From: a virus
Lineage: Duplodnaviria; Heunggongvirae; Uroviricota; Caudoviricetes
Direction: 5' to 3' (one strand)
IMG/VR virus record: IMGVR_UViG_3300027759_003944
Length of the DNA: 64,000 nucleotides
Under the pieces are notes generated by a model that saw only the letters and a list, made by a program, of their open reading frames with translations, was not told the DNA's origin and ran no database searches. The position numbers were made by a program, and so were the translations under genes. Positions 57,701 to 64,000 of the stretch are shown one piece after another (position 1 is the first letter of the stretch; the number at the start of each line of letters is the position of its first letter).

Positions 57701-60700
57701 AGACTTGGTACACTGATAACTGTGTATACTCCGTCAACTTCAAAATCAAACTGTTTTATGATGAGTTGATCACCTGATTTTAAACCATGTTGCTGTGAAA
57801 ATATCACCAAGCTGGTGCCATCTAGGTTGTCACATACGTGTTGCACTGTGCCCGGCACTGCTTCGGCTCGATAGATGTCCCAGTCATATTGATTGGTTTT
57901 TGCCACCCATATGGTGGTACCAACAGCAATGAGATTTAAATTTGCTTCCAAACTGGCAGTGTCATTTATGTCAAACACTGTGATGTCAGCATCATCTAAA
58001 TTGACATAACCAGCAGTGGGCAGTGCTGTGTCTGTTGGCAATGACTTGGTGACTGGCAGTATGTCCGGCGATGTTATTTTGTAACTTTGTCTCCATATGT
58101 CTGACAACAAAATGGGTTGATCTGCCTGGCTTGATTCACCTGCAGCCACCACTTGTACCAAACTGGGATTGCTATTAAGTAGAGCACGATCCAATCTCAA
58201 CTGGAAGAAACTGCGGTTGGCATTGGCTCCATACACCGCACGTTGCACTGCCCAATTTTCATAGATGTTGTAGTCTGCCTGTTCTTTACCAAGATTGGCT
58301 TGTGCAAATAATTCTGCACTGAGTATGGTGCCTTTTGAGCCCAAGAATTGTCGATAGATGTTCAGTTGACTGACGTCATCAAGATTTAGAGATGACATGT
58401 ATTGTCGTGGACGGAATCCGATCAAGCCGTAACTCAGCAGGTCATTGTCGCTGTCCAAATTGGCAGTGTTGATGTTGTAGCTGTTTTGCAACTGATCAGC
58501 TTTGTTGGCCAAATTGGGCAACAGTCCCAATTCAATGCGTGTGTAATCACTTTGATACCAGTCATTGGCGTTGAACAAGATACTGGGCTGTACAATAGTG
58601 GCTGCTGACCAATAGGTGCCTTTGTAAGTGACAATTTCGCCTTTGGCGTAGGTCTTGTATGGATCCCATGCTTCAATGTTGTTTTGATTTAAAATAAACC
58701 CTTGAGCATCAACTGAACCATTCCATTCAGTTGAGGTGGCAGCAATCAAATTCAATCTGCTTTGTCTAGCACCTGTAATAGGTGCATAAATCAAATCACC
58801 AAATGTACTGGCATTGTCCAACACAATCATATGTTCATATGCAGTGTACTTGAGATCAATATAGCTCAGCGTTTGATCTGTGGCCGGTTCCACAGTGAAT
58901 GTGTTGTCCAAGCGGGTGATAATCAAGTTACGAGTGGGCAATTCATTACGATTTTGATCCAGTAAAATATTTTCGTTGGTCTGTGCCACAATGCTGTCTA
59001 CTATGACCTGCGGTCTAGTCACACTGAGTTTGAATGCCAAGGGATTCAAATTGATCAAGGCATTGTCATCCCAACCTTGTTGACTCCAGTACAGGAATTC
59101 ATTGACCATTTGCCCCCAACTCAAGATATAGCCATTGGTGGTGTCTGTAAACGTCACACCTTGACGTTCAAGATATTGCCCATAGCCTAACATAAAGTCA
59201 CTGACTGCTGTTTGGTTGGCAAACACAGTGCCATAAGGTACCTGCACAATTTGATTGCTGTAGGTGGTTGGTACTTGTACTGTGGCTCCACCACTGCTGT
59301 AAGTTTGTAGTTGTCCAGCAAACACGCTGGCTATGGTGTTAAAATAAGGCTGCGTGGTGCTGTAGCCAAACACTGCATAACCACCAGGTGTTTGCTGTAC
59401 CACTACTGATGAATAGCTGACTCGGTCAAACGGTTGATTTTTATACAACAGCAAATTGTAACTGTCATCAGGAATCAAGAACGTGGTGTTGATACTGTTG
59501 GGACTGGACTTTTCAGTGTAAATTTTGATATACTGTTTGTCGCTGAAGCTGGCCATTCGGTAACACAGTCTCACATCAAGGCTGGCTAAGTCAGCAGTGA
59601 GTTGGGTGGTGCTGTCAAGACCACTGTTGCGATTGTAGTCCACTATCCAGTCAATATAACTGGCTTTGCTGACACCATTTCCATAAACTTCAATTCCATT
59701 GGCATCCAAGCGGTACCGGTCATTGTACAGATATTGTCCAAATTCTGCTTGATAACGATACAAATCTCTATCAGCAAATAGTGCAAAGAATTTAGCCGGC
59801 TGTGTCAATGCCAACAATCGCATGGCCGCAAAAGGATAGGCACTCGAATTCCACCATGATGCTTCCACAGGGCCGCCATCGCCTACCGCCCAGCTCTTGC
59901 GGAAAGTTTGATCATTGTATTTGCCAGTCACTGCGTCGAATGGACTCAACAATTCACCTTCTGTGCCAGTGGGTATTATTTTGCTCAGTCCTGGACGAGC
60001 ATATTCGGGTCGATAATATCCTCCCATTGGATCAGCAACATATCCTGCTTCCAAATCGTCCCACAGCACCAAGTTGTCTTGTGTGTATGGTCCAGGACCA
60101 TAAACCACAGTCCACCAGTCTGGTTCTACACTGAATCCCAGCATCTCCCATGGAGTAAGTTGGGGCTGTTGAGTATCATAGTAGTAGCGATAGATGCCGC
60201 GCCAGGCACCCAACAAGGGTCGATTATCTAATTTGCTCTGACTCCCGCTGTAGTTCCATGTGAACTCATTGTTGGCGCGATAATCTTGTGCGCGATAATC
60301 CAATTTGTTCCAGGCCACATAACTCAAAAAATCTTGTTCTAAAATAGTGGTTATCTCACTTGATGAGAAACCAGTTGTTCTGAATTGTCCAGGAACTACT
60401 TCTGCTAGATTAATCGGAACTGGGTTACCATCTAATTTTAGATTGTTGTAAATTCTTGTTTCAAATTCCAACAACACCTGATCTCGAATGTCATTAAATG
60501 CACGAGTGACTGATCCATCATGCCCAATGATTACTGATTGTGTGCCAGTGCTGGTGACTTCGGTTATTTGCTCTGGGCGCCAGGCAGGATACAACCCCAG
60601 CTTGGTAGGTGTGTTGGGGACAAATGTGCCATATGTGGTGTCGTACTCATTTATGGTCAACACATCACCCAATGTTAATGTGGTCAGCACAGTAATTCTA

Positions 60701-63700
60701 GGACCATCCGTGGCCACAATGTAATCTAGTCCGCGTGTTAAAATTACATCATTTAGATAAACATCCATGCCTTGGTAATTTGCCGAGGTATAATTATAGA
60801 CATTTCGAATGTCAAATGTAGTGCCTGTGGTATTTGAAATTGGGTAAGTCAATGTTTGATACACGCTGCCTGCAGGCAACATGTCTGACCAATAGAACGG
60901 TTGAGTAGATACTCGTCCCAGAGTGATATCGGCCATGGCAGTATCCAACACCTGTGCTGCGGTCTGATATTGAATGAGTTGTTGTGTGACAGCATTCAAC
61001 ATCTGCCCTTTGAATTTTAAATATTCGTTGCTGTTGTACTGCAAGCTGGCAAAAATATTAAACTTTTCGCTGCGCAAGAAATATCCAGCCAGTGTCAATG
61101 GAGCACTCTGTTGCAGAATAATTTGTCCGTATATGCTGATGTCGCCTAGATCTCTACTGTTGTTGGCACCAGATACCGGTCCTGACAAATCAGCCAAATT
61201 CTCACAGATACTTTCATAATGAGTGCGAATAGTACCCAGTGTAAACACATTGCTGTTGCCATTTAATGGATTATTTTGCAAGTTAATGGGCACTTGATAA
61301 AATGCCACTGCACTGGTTTGGTCACTCAAGGCCAATAATTCAATTACGTCAGTTGGCAAATATGTGTTGGTCAATGTAACGGTGGTGCTGTTACTACTGG
61401 TAAGATAAGAATATTCACTAGGGGGAATGAATGTTGATCCCACGTAAATTTTCAATGGCGGCAGTGATGATGTTGTTCCTACTTTTACATCCAACTGTAA
61501 AGTTCTACCAGTGTAAGTGAATTTAAATTGTTGATAATCTTGGCTGGTGGACACTGCTGTTTTCCAACCCAACAGTCGTTCAAATGCAGTGCGTGTGGCA
61601 TATTGTCTAGGTGTTCCTGAACTGATGGCTAGTGTTTGACTGACATTATCAACCACATAAACAAATGTGTCTTTGTACAAGTTGTTTTCAAAAACAATAT
61701 CACCAATGTTGTTGATGTTCAAATATTGCAATGGGAATTGCAATATAGGATCCAGTATGCCAGTGTCGCCCACAGCATAACTCAGTAGCTTGCTGCCAAC
61801 AAATGTGCTACTGGGATAGGTAGCGTTATTGCTAAAACTCACACCATCCAGATTGTACACATCAAACAATGGGGCTTGTTGCACGCCAGTTTTGAGTTGG
61901 GCCTGGGCCCATGATGATCCGTTATACCAAAAAGTCAGTCCTTTGAGTGTGAGTCCATCAAGACACAACACTGATTGATCAGCCAATACTGCACCATCAC
62001 TGGCTTCTACTAGATGAATAACTGGTTGTGGTCCAGGATACGGTGGACTCATGGGCGGTGAAGAGTCAGGAGTAATAAACTGAACAATATAAACTTTATC
62101 TCGTACTTCAGGATCTAGGTCAGCCGCAAACACAACTCGGCTGCCGTCAACAAATGTGTATCCGTCAACGCTGTAGCTGGTAGATCCTTCTATGTTACTC
62201 AAGGCGTCAGTTTGTGAAAAATCAATCACATTGATTGGCTGTTTGCCTTCTGTGCCCATGTTGAATAATCGAATATCAGGTTGAAATTCAATAATGGGAC
62301 GTTTGGCACGGTAATCATTGTCTAAAACTGGTGGAAGATTGTTGTAAGTAGCCGAAGCCTGAATCACATCCAAATGGAACCAACGATTACTGCGGGTCCA
62401 GGCATTTAGATCCAGACTGGCCCGGTCAATAGTGAGATAATCAAGATCTTTGGGCTCTACAGCAGCCGTGCTGTCGTTGTCATCTATCACATAGGTTTCT
62501 GGACACACAAAGTTAGAGACCGGCAGTAATTCAATGGCTTTTCCAACCCCACTAACATAGTACTGTTTGTCACTTATGGCTGTGGCTGAGAAGCCTGCGC
62601 CTGTGGCACTGCTGACAGCAAATCTTGCACCGCCCAGTTGTTCAGAAATAGAAAATTGTATTCCATTGGCTGTGAGTGTGTCTACATAGTAGGTTTGCCC
62701 AGGCACAATACCGCCTAGGGTGGTACCTGTGAACACGATCGCTTCACCCACATACAATCCAGCAGTAGAATTACAAGTAATAAGATTGCTACCTCCCACT
62801 GTGGCTGTGTAGGTCAGTTGAGTAGTACCTGATCCATAACTGGCTGGTTCTACCGAGCCTATAAATTTAACTTTGAGTCCGTTGGTAAATTGTACACCGT
62901 TGGGACTGGTATAATTCTTTTGTCCAATAACTTGATCAATGTAGGTTGTATCTGCTTGAGTTGGTTCTAGCAATCTAATCCGACCAAATATTTCTGGGTC
63001 AGTGCCGTCTTGGTAGTACAAGGTATCTAGAGTTGCGGTCAACAGAGGAATCTGTGAAAAGTAACCTGATCCTGCCTTGTACCATGATGTGTTGCTGTAA
63101 ACATTGCCATACAACACTGTGAATTTTTCATTGACATTGACATTGGCAATCTTAGCCAAACTGATGTAATCTATGCCTTGGCGATTTACAATGTTAATTT
63201 GCCATACCTGATATCGGTCACCAACTGGTACCTCAGTGGTTTGATCAAACTCTATACTGTCAAAGCTACCTGGCAACGTATTGTTAGCATCCAGTCGAAC
63301 CAATGGATCAAACAAGGTAGTTTCTAACCAACCGCCAGTTTCGGCATCAATTACAGGATTGGTAAACACCAATGTGCGATTTTTGAGATATGTGATGCCA
63401 TCAATACCGCCATATTGAGAGATGAATTGTTCTACTTGTTGATTGTTGATCTGATTGAACTGCAAATTAGTCAGCAAATCAATTGGTCCCACGTCTGTGA
63501 GATTGTAATAAAATTCTTGTGCGGTTTTTGTCGGGACTTCAAAAATCACAGTGCCTAGGTCTTGACCGTTTCCACTAACACCATAAACGTCTCTATTGCT
63601 GATGTTGGGAGTGTTGAGGAGTTTGCCATTTACACCTGGATTGGTTTGAATCCAAAACCCCGGTCCGGTGCCAGGCACGCTGTCAACAATGTTGATGGTG

Positions 63701-64000
63701 CCGCGCAGATTGGTTTGATTCTCGCTGGCATAATACAGTGTATCAGGAGCATCCTGTGGCACAACAAATGTCACTAGACCAAAACTGCTGCCGTTTCGCA
63801 ACACGCCTGAATTATATGCATCACCTGTGCCTAGGCTCAGGGCAGTTTTGATCCAGAAAGGATATACACCAGTCAAGTTCAAATTGAAAACATAAGTGTT
63901 GCCACGTGCCAGGGTCAGTGTGGGGTTGGACTGAAAGTCAATTTGATAACTGGTGGTTCCTTGATTTGTCACACGAAAGTTTTCAGTTTCTTTTGTGTTT
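48772..64000 (-). CDS. giant structural/adhesin-like protein, over 5066 aa, 5' end outside window
   Basis: Uninterrupted minus-strand frame from TAA (48772-48774) to the window edge; no in-frame stop in the last 28 nt, so the GTG at 63972 is probably not the real start; Thr/Ser/Gly/Asn/Val-rich beta-type composition; dispersed roughly 55-aa modules (ITC..T..L.VG.P..FSG..FGG...G.TYYV). Confidence 0.75.
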   Translation of the reverse strand, partial: NTKETENFRVTNQGTTSYQIDFQSNPTLTLARGNTYVFNLNLTGVYPFWIKTALSLGTGDAYNSGVLRNGSSFGLVTFVVPQDAPDTLYYASENQTNLRGTINIVDSVPGTGPGFWIQTNPGVNGKLLNTPNISNRDVYGVSGNGQDLGTVIFEVPTKTAQEFYYNLTDVGPIDLLTNLQFNQINNQQVEQFISQYGGIDGITYLKNRTLVFTNPVIDAETGGWLETTLFDPLVRLDANNTLPGSFDSIEFDQTTEVPVGDRYQVWQINIVNRQGIDYISLAKIANVNVNEKFTVLYGNVYSNTSWYKAGSGYFSQIPLLTATLDTLYYQDGTDPEIFGRIRLLEPTQADTTYIDQVIGQKNYTSPNGVQFTNGLKVKFIGSVEPASYGSGTTQLTYTATVGGSNLITCNSTAGLYVGEAIVFTGTTLGGIVPGQTYYVDTLTANGIQFSISEQLGGARFAVSSATGAGFSATAISDKQYYVSGVGKAIELLPVSNFVCPETYVIDDNDSTAAVEPKDLDYLTIDRASLDLNAWTRSNRWFHLDVIQASATYNNLPPVLDNDYRAKRPIIEFQPDIRLFNMGTEGKQPINVIDFSQTDALSNIEGSTSYSVDGYTFVDGSRVVFAADLDPEVRDKVYIVQFITPDSSPPMSPPYPGPQPVIHLVEASDGAVLADQSVLCLDGLTLKGLTFWYNGSSWAQAQLKTGVQQAPLFDVYNLDGVSFSNNATYPSSTFVGSKLLSYAVGDTGILDPILQFPLQYLNINNIGDIVFENNLYKDTFVYVVDNVSQTLAISSGTPRQYATRTAFERLLGWKTAVSTSQDYQQFKFTYTGRTLQLDVKVGTTSSLPPLKIYVGSTFIPPSEYSYLTSSNSTTVTLTNTYLPTDVIELLALSDQTSAVAFYQVPINLQNNPLNGNSNVFTLGTIRTHYESICENLADLSGPVSGANNSRDLGDISIYGQIILQQSAPLTLAGYFLRSEKFNIFASLQYNSNEYLKFKGQMLNAVTQQLIQYQTAAQVLDTAMADITLGRVSTQPFYWSDMLPAGSVYQTLTYPISNTTGTTFDIRNVYNYTSANYQGMDVYLNDVILTRGLDYIVATDGPRITVLTTLTLGDVLTINEYDTTYGTFVPNTPTKLGLYPAWRPEQITEVTSTGTQSVIIGHDGSVTRAFNDIRDQVLLEFETRIYNNLKLDGNPVPINLAEVVPGQFRTTGFSSSEITTILEQDFLSYVAWNKLDYRAQDYRANNEFTWNYSGSQSKLDNRPLLGAWRGIYRYYYDTQQPQLTPWEMLGFSVEPDWWTVVYGPGPYTQDNLVLWDDLEAGYVADPMGGYYRPEYARPGLSKIIPTGTEGELLSPFDAVTGKYNDQTFRKSWAVGDGGPVEASWWNSSAYPFAAMRLLALTQPAKFFALFADRDLYRYQAEFGQYLYNDRYRLDANGIEVYGNGVSKASYIDWIVDYNRNSGLDSTTQLTADLASLDVRLCYRMASFSDKQYIKIYTEKSSPNSINTTFLIPDDSYNLLLYKNQPFDRVSYSSVVVQQTPGGYAVFGYSTTQPYFNTIASVFAGQLQTYSSGGATVQVPTTYSNQIVQVPYGTVFANQTAVSDFMLGYGQYLERQGVTFTDTTNGYILSWGQMVNEFLYWSQQGWDDNALINLNPLAFKLSVTRPQVIVDSIVAQTNENILLDQNRNELPTRNLIITRLDNTFTVEPATDQTLSYIDLKYTAYEHMIVLDNASTFGDLIYAPITGARQSRLNLIAATSTEWNGSVDAQGFILNQNNIEAWDPYKTYAKGEIVTYKGTYWSAATIVQPSILFNANDWYQSDYTRIELGLLPNLANKADQLQNSYNINTANLDSDNDLLSYGLIGFRPRQYMSSLNLDDVSQLNIYRQFLGSKGTILSAELFAQANLGKEQADYNIYENWAVQRAVYGANANRSFFQLRLDRALLNSNPSLVQVVAAGESSQADQPILLSDIWRQSYKITSPDILPVTKSLPTDTALPTAGYVNLDDADITVFDINDTASLEANLNLIAVGTTIWVAKTNQYDWDIYRAEAVPGTVQHVCDNLDGTSLVIFSQQHGLKSGDQLIIKQFDFEVDGVYTVISVPSLEKITVAFSFTGSRTIVDSTGLAFTLQTQRVAQASDIINLPYANTIQPGAQVWVDNNGDDSWTVLKKEEVFSSLTELAPVLTDVSEQYSSSVAQAQRQYAAIVGSPQYRFPVDATEWSQAEIYNVGDIVFVRDPYQTAFYQCVLGTPTPPGPVPTNTTYWTSYSLDALPRKGGVYVYVRSDSDTYTVISPLAPLDSVLTLDVTGVRGFGNSVAFGNKDWAVAGASASLGSASQANNGYAAVIYRDPLLAAPGSIPYGPWQLLTTPDSVSVDQGEFGYSATVSLDERWMYIGAPGVNRVYAYGQVPWEKQFLNAFGNGLTKSFYIGDAIQINAATQLQIGVGGAGQILNVDYTVDSSFSTVTFTNAPADGEAVEIQRVNRKILDFGVYYNVIATGGTGTGAEFTVTRLRNTVTVSVSSGGSGYANGSPSAGTLTISAASFDGNANIVLQVTVAGGKVTGIFGTPTYAGTLVNTFSLNEYFFTVDTIYSFSVQVDDVLQRPNIDYTFNSTTKDLTFIGSVPAAGTTILVRAEGYFEYAGTISYGGSTAGDRFGSSVSTSTDGRQVLIGGEKVLISGALDAVSTLGLAAVGTNTYTNISQNSTSGSGTGARFTIAKAANTYSVTVTDPGQGYAVGDTITILGSVLGGSVLYNNLTMTVSTVNSYPQAGSVYVYDRNVQKFIYGTDTSSVDFTVLGTVTEPVSVLVNGEFLLNAAATTPHASNTFTVNGNVVTINGNLQIGDIVEIETNQFAQTQIVHQTALEEFSNFGQALDLCSYNCSLYVGAPQSGIQAFKGGVVQRNVNQSRTYGIITSTVGNPVLTAGNTLRVDNIDVAVAASPNNTVANLATAINAAVPNVNATVDGSGRLTLAVKNSAAAAVGNKLQVAPGSIGTTFADLGFDVFAFTQTIISPYPQDFASFGASISVDDSAVNLVVGAPQGTLYLEVIFDLGETIFDEGVTDFFDQVMQSGSIYTYDLLSSSTNTLSNPGKFVFGQQIQNSNVNSYDRYGAAVDYTSGLLWAGAPGNELGDSTLTGNYGRVFISENATRTPAWTVLREQLPVVDVRLLNSVYAYDRATSATTSYFDFFNPLQGKILGAAKQNLDYIGAVDPANYNVGPRNITGSSWFAGYLGQTWWDTGTVRFIDPNQDDIVYASRRWGQVFPGSSVDVYQWIVSNVPPANYVGPGFPRDTTSYTVNTVLNQTGVFVREYYFWVRGLTTTATAQGKTLPISTVANYISNPRASGIPYIAPIDASTFAIYNARDLISAQDTIISIEFDREYTNDDVHVEYELIAQDQADGFLSDNLYRKLLDSFCGVDIAGNLVPDINLNVAERYGVQFRPRQSMFVDRFAALKNYLTRANEVCARYTISENREFVLLNSQDPEPSATSGKWNKQVANLDILGFQNIYDVVLGYKYLVTSDSNNRGLWTIYTVQLVSGTVATRELILTQVQNYDTKQYWSYINWVMPGYNASNKIIAEVPNYAGLSTIDVPLGSSVKVTDNAQGKYEIYLRTATGWDRVILQDGTIEFSAELWDYQLGRFGFDVEVFDAQYYDQEPVIETRKIIQAINQEIFIDDLLIERNRALTLMFNFVLSEFAAPEWLIKTSLIDVEHRIRSLLPFQNYSRDNQEFVLDYIQEVKPYHVQVREFNLLYNGFNEWFGDMTDFDVPAYYNTALAVPRYTSPILLPYDHGTAVNSQNNILSDLPSNSTVWTSWPYSQWYQNYLMSIDTIDVIVTGSGYTEPPEVVITANPGDPVPIRPAVAVALLNSIGQVYAINVVDSGAGYRSTPTVTFDGGNGTGAVAYPRLINGLTRSFKTVIRYDRYQYQTAVETWSTTGTYLNGTLVRYNNQVWSASSSDGSSAVTGPTFDLENWTLVNAANYTYPGAAQATGLTGVDRTAGLYVPAANSPGLELPLLIDGIDYPGVQVYGNYFLGSSSTDPIIACTATNSSDNTITCGATLQLTVGNPVKFSGAAFGGVQVGITYYVHSVVTANTFTVSTSEGGFALSLTDAVGTMSAQTTLLLDADYQSSFLDSYLGTQFSDINVDGGEFVGPYEGHAPEELVNGSEYDTLDMRIYTRPGSDWDNNGHGFQITSVRYTYQPGISLIYSWANLVQVPVQVLVSNLTTGVDLIQDVNYSIEWADQTIEIISGVASGEIININVYEVGGGSQLFRKTYLSADIIAANNNVIIPVAYKEIVSVPIFVNGSLVASPLVSPYIESIPWTLTSEYQALDVVFNNNTITCTDTNSTYSVITCNNTSSLTIGQPIVFSGTVFGGIASGVTYYVLSVANGTQFLITDVAGSTTALTLTTASGSMTGSPSGTYYRAVQTIPPGILLTNTTYWLPFVPSNYSKVEIPVTVTLTDLVTVVALGNALSMPATEVVGTSNAVILQGDLSTLTVGQTVTFSGYSLGGVLTSEQYQIFSIVEDSTNAITLSLNGTTEVDLIDDQTLWLGELTAKFVPTDFQSWSTPVVENFVAVGDVLVTNSVTLTANLSGTNVANMIVEINGARIQPPEGIEWIGDDSSVSFGLPQRGGYQQSLIYAPDQVQVWVDNVLQVQSVGATVGTYGVTNWTGTNTPGRQVVFTTPPAAGARILISVTTVAAYQIAGDEVQFNAALNFNDKITVTTWNDTAQQNALTLVFVGPIVTGLTVNEPYDSTNYDSGSFNDQPGSFDYTIGTSVPDNNFDLQRLDVTAGRLWVTLDGIRLFEGSDYTIQGQYLILASGAISPTETMVITEFTDSIVPEAAAFRIFQDMRGVQATYRMTADTTTVLAQALSATADIIYVEDAAKLSIPNLASGVFGTITINGERILYRDIDLVSNTVSSLRRGTAGTAATSHLIGTEVYDLGTGNLLNEVYQNYVVSNSSLADGSTTIYYAPKIDIGDFGDSSTAYTESVEVYVGGVRQYNYSETQATSEYRYIVTDFSPLAIEFLVDNDPITPMLPPAAGSEVLILQRRGLSWYQPGVNTASDGVALQETDTVAARFLCGR

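Noticed and set aside
49165-63777. Numerous 60-150-aa plus-strand ORFs inside the giant gene region
   Set aside because: All are antisense to the single uninterrupted 15-kb minus-strand frame and lack start signals.
1-64000. CRISPR arrays, IS elements or transposases, integrase or attachment sites
   Set aside because: I looked for direct-repeat and spacer periodicity, inverted terminal repeats, and DDE or tyrosine-recombinase motifs and found none.

Overview
This 64 kb window is gene-dense and prokaryotic in style, and I read it as a segment of a large tailed bacteriophage genome. The evidence is SD-like ribosome-binding sites, frequent 4-nt ATGA/TAATG gene overlaps, sigma70-like TTGACA-N17-TATAAT promoters and rho-independent terminators. 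The gene content (tRNAs, thyX, a CobS-like AAA+ ATPase with a VWA partner, metabolic auxiliary genes, tail fibres) resembles large marine T4-like myoviruses, but I cannot name the virus. The layout is:
(i) 1-4.8 kb: a cluster of four tRNAs (Pro-GGG, Gly-GCC, Thr-GGT, Arg-TCG) interleaved with minus-strand genes for a membrane fatty-acid desaturase, a PP-loop ATPase, an alpha/beta hydrolase and a class IV aminotransferase.
(ii) 4.9-21.5 kb: a plus-strand block of small early-type genes separated by terminator-promoter cassettes. It includes a split rubrerythrin plus rubredoxin pair, an RNA polymerase omega-subunit homologue, a B12-binding radical SAM protein, a metallophosphoesterase, a MoxR/CobS-like ATPase with a VWA/HExxH partner, an SPFH-like lipoprotein, ThyX, a NAD-dependent sugar epimerase/dehydratase and a DegT aminotransferase.
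(iii) 21.5-45 kb: a large sugar-modification and glycosylation island. It carries GT25, four paralogous GT10-like (fucosyltransferase-like) glycosyltransferases, two paralogous GT-A-like transferases, an amidinotransferase, a carbamoyltransferase, a second DegT, a NeuD/PglD-type acetyltransferase and a 734-aa protein built from tandem WxPDPGDPPY repeats. Most strikingly it holds six paralogous radical SAM enzymes with a MoaA/anSME-like CNxxCxYC cluster motif and an unusual N-terminal Cys-rich domain.
(iv) 45-64 kb: minus-strand structural genes (Gly/Thr-rich fibre proteins, one with GN[IV]TGGN repeats) ending in a giant ORF of more than 5066 codons that runs off the window and contains dispersed roughly 55-aa repeat modules.
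Several genes (B12-rSAM, GT25, one rSAM, one GT10-like) are markedly AT-richer than their neighbours, which suggests mosaic acquisition.
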